Shown: in pieces, positions 42,251-43,751 of the stretch
Layout of the letters: every line of letters starts with the position of its first letter
How positions within the stretch are numbered: position 1 is the stretch's first letter
Source: Burkholderiales bacterium
GTDB lineage: Bacteria; Pseudomonadota; Gammaproteobacteria; Burkholderiales; Burkholderiaceae_C
DNA: 43,751 nucleotides
Assembly (NCBI GenBank): GCA_028869035.1
Contig: JAGWTL010000001.1
Span: 1 to 43,751 of the forward strand
Direction: 5' to 3'
Translations under genes and position numbers: made by a program
Notes under the pieces: model-generated
Seen by the model: only the letters and a program-made list of their open reading frames with translations
Database searches by the model: none
What the model was told of the DNA's origin: nothing

Positions 42251-42536
42251 TCACCTGGGCGACGCGGCGCGGAATTCGCCGGGGCTCTTGCCCGTGTGCT
42301 CGCGGAACACGCGGCTGAAGTGCGAGGCGCTGTTTAAACCCCAGGACAGGGCGATGTCGGTGATGGGGCCCGTCTGCGCCATGGGGTGCTGCAGCTCGCG
42401 CACGCAGGCTTCCAGGCGCAGGTTCTGGATATGGCTGGCCAGGGTCTGGTCCTCGTCGGTGAAGGCGCTGTAGCGATGGCGCTTGCTGCAGTTCAGCGCT
42501 GCAGCGATCTGCTCCACCGACAGTTCGGGGTCGCTG
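42251..42536 (-). pseudogene. AraC-family regulator remnant (C-terminal HTH only)
   Basis: SDPELSVEQIAAALNCSKRH..ITDIALSWG..SHFSRVFRE. The N-terminal domain is missing and upstream sequence is antisense ALDH. Confidence 0.85.
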
Positions 42537-43115
42537 GCCATGGCCGTGCGCCAGCCTGCTGGCGTGGTGCTGGGCATCGCTGCGTGGAATGCGCCCGTCA
42601 TCCTGGGCACGCGCGCCATCTGCGTGCCGCTGGCCTGCGGCAACACCGTGGTGATGAAGGGCTCGGAGTACTGCCCGCGCACCCACCAGCTCATCATCGA
42701 GGCCTTCCAGGATGCGGGCTTCCCGTCGGGTGTGGTGAACTACATCACCAACGCCCCGCCCGACGCCGACATCGACGACGCCGTCAACGGTGCGGCCTTT
42801 GGCTGTTTCCCCAACAGCGGCCAGATCTGCATGAGCACCGAGCGCATCATCGTGGACAACAAGATTGCCGACGCCTTCGTCAAGAAGTTCGTCGAGAAGG
42901 CCAAAGCGCTGCCGCTGGGTGACCCGCGCAAGCCCGAGCCGGTGGTGCTGGGCTCGGTGATCGGCATGAACACGGTGGAGCACTGCAACGCGCTGATCGA
43001 CGACGCGCTGGCCAAGGGCGCCAAGCTGGTCTGCGGCGGCAAGGCTGGCATCAACGAGTTTACCGAGCTGCGCTAGATCACGATGCAGACGACCCCGCGT
43101 CACTACCCCTTTTGA
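42528..43115 (+). pseudogene. Aromatic aldehyde dehydrogenase (Vdh/NahF-like) remnant
   Basis: GSLAMAVRQPAGVVLGIAAWNAP and NSGQICMSTER remain. The N-terminus, FTGS/ELGGK and EExFGP segments are missing. In-frame TAG (43074-43076) sits where Trp is expected in EFTELR*ITMQTTPRHYPF. Confidence 0.9.
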
Positions 43116-43118
43116 GTT

Positions 43119-43196
43119 TCCCCCTCTCCTTCTGGGAGAGGGGGAGGTCAGGGCGCCGCCCCTCACCCCAGCCCTCTCCCCGGAGGGGCGAGGGAG
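43119..43196. repeat. BoxC-like palindromic repeat pair
   Basis: CCCCTCTCCTTCTGGGAGAGGGG followed by an inverted unit CCCTCACCCCAGCCCTCTCCCCGGAGGGGCGAGGGAG. Confidence 0.75.
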
Positions 43197-43205
43197 CCAA
43201 ACCGT

Positions 43206-43463
43206 TCAAAACGGCGCGGTTTCTTTTTCCAGCTTCTGCAGATAGAGCAGGGCCTGTTCGGCAGAGTCGCCGCACATGGCGGGCGAGGGCGCCAGGCTGG
43301 CGCAGACCGCCGGCCGCCCGGGCTGGCCGAAGATCAGGCAGCGGCCCGCCGCATCCAGCTGTACGCAGCGCACGCCGGCCGGCTTGCCTTGCGGCATGCC
43401 GGGGATGGGGCTGGAAATCGAGGGGGCGATGCAGCAGGCAGCGCAGCCGGGGCGGCAATCCAT
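43206..43463 (-). CDS. YkgJ family CxxCxxCC cysteine-cluster protein
   Basis: [33 protein letters not shown]. Confidence 0.88.
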   Translation of the reverse strand: MDCRPGCAACCIAPSISSPIPGMPQGKPAGVRCVQLDAAGRCLIFGQPGRPAVCASLAPSPAMCGDSAEQALLYLQKLEKETAPF

Positions 43464-43634
43464 GGGGTGTTGCTATGAAGTTTGTAGCTGCCGTCGACCG
43501 TTGTATGCGGTGCAGGGCCGGGTTGATGTCCCTGATTGTCGCCAAAATCGCCGGGAGCGGCTAAAATCAGGACTTCGGTGCCCCGCTGGGGGCTGGCCGC
43601 CGGCGCAGGACGCGCTCACTTTCCCGGATCTTCC

Positions 43635-43751
43635 ATGCTCTACCCACAAGAATTCGATGTCATCGTCGTCGGCGGCGGCCATGCCGGCACGGAAGCCGCG
43701 CTGGCGTCCGCGCGCATGGGCGCCAGGACCCTGCTGCTGACACACAACATC
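43635..43751 (+). CDS. mnmG: tRNA modification enzyme MnmG (GidA), 3' end outside the window
   Basis: Manual translation: [39 protein letters not shown]. Confidence 0.95.
   Translation, partial: MLYPQEFDVIVVGGGHAGTEAALASARMGARTLLLTHNI

Noticed and set aside
42251-43076. The 148-aa and 197-aa ORFs as intact overlapping genes or a novel mini-ALDH
   Set aside because: The ALDH lacks its NAD-binding FTGS and catalytic Glu and has a nonsense codon. The AraC N-terminal part is antisense ALDH. Both are deletion remnants.
43464-43634. E. coli-style oriC or parS upstream of mnmG
   Set aside because: No DnaA boxes, GATC cluster or AT-rich 13-mers. I saw no GTTTCACGTGAAAC parS site in the window by eye.

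Overview
GC-rich betaproteobacterial chromosome segment (Comamonadaceae-like, judged from gene order and protein sequences) that spans the replication origin. Core: mnmE-yidC-yidD-rnpA-rpmH (minus strand) divergent from dnaA-oriC-dnaN-gyrB, with no recF. To the left lie apt, a Kef-type K+/H+ antiporter, a kdsD-kdsC-lptC-SDR operon, two tandem Gly-rich RRM RNA-binding proteins and a lower-GC GGDEF/EAL gene cut by the window edge. To the right, about 25 kb of accessory genes run to the start of mnmG: DEDDh exonuclease, diguanylate cyclase, NnrU, DUF2788/DUF2189, Spy-like protein, pirin, cueR-copZ/copA, MCP, hemerythrin-like protein, a CzcCBA-like RND pump with a TctD/TctE-like two-component system and two outer-membrane barrels, AsmA-like protein, class II aldolase, a collapsed araC/aldehyde dehydrogenase pseudogene pair, a BoxC-like repeat and YkgJ. 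I saw no CRISPR array, IS, prophage, tRNA or rRNA. No clearly new system can be proven from the sequence. The best leads are (1) a conserved SD-sequestering leader hairpin shared by both RRM genes, (2) the RND pump + TctDE-like + two-porin module, (3) an oriC with DnaA-trios, (4) a triple microhomology-deletion scar and (5) several apparently leaderless genes. Family assignments come from recognised motifs, not from database searches.
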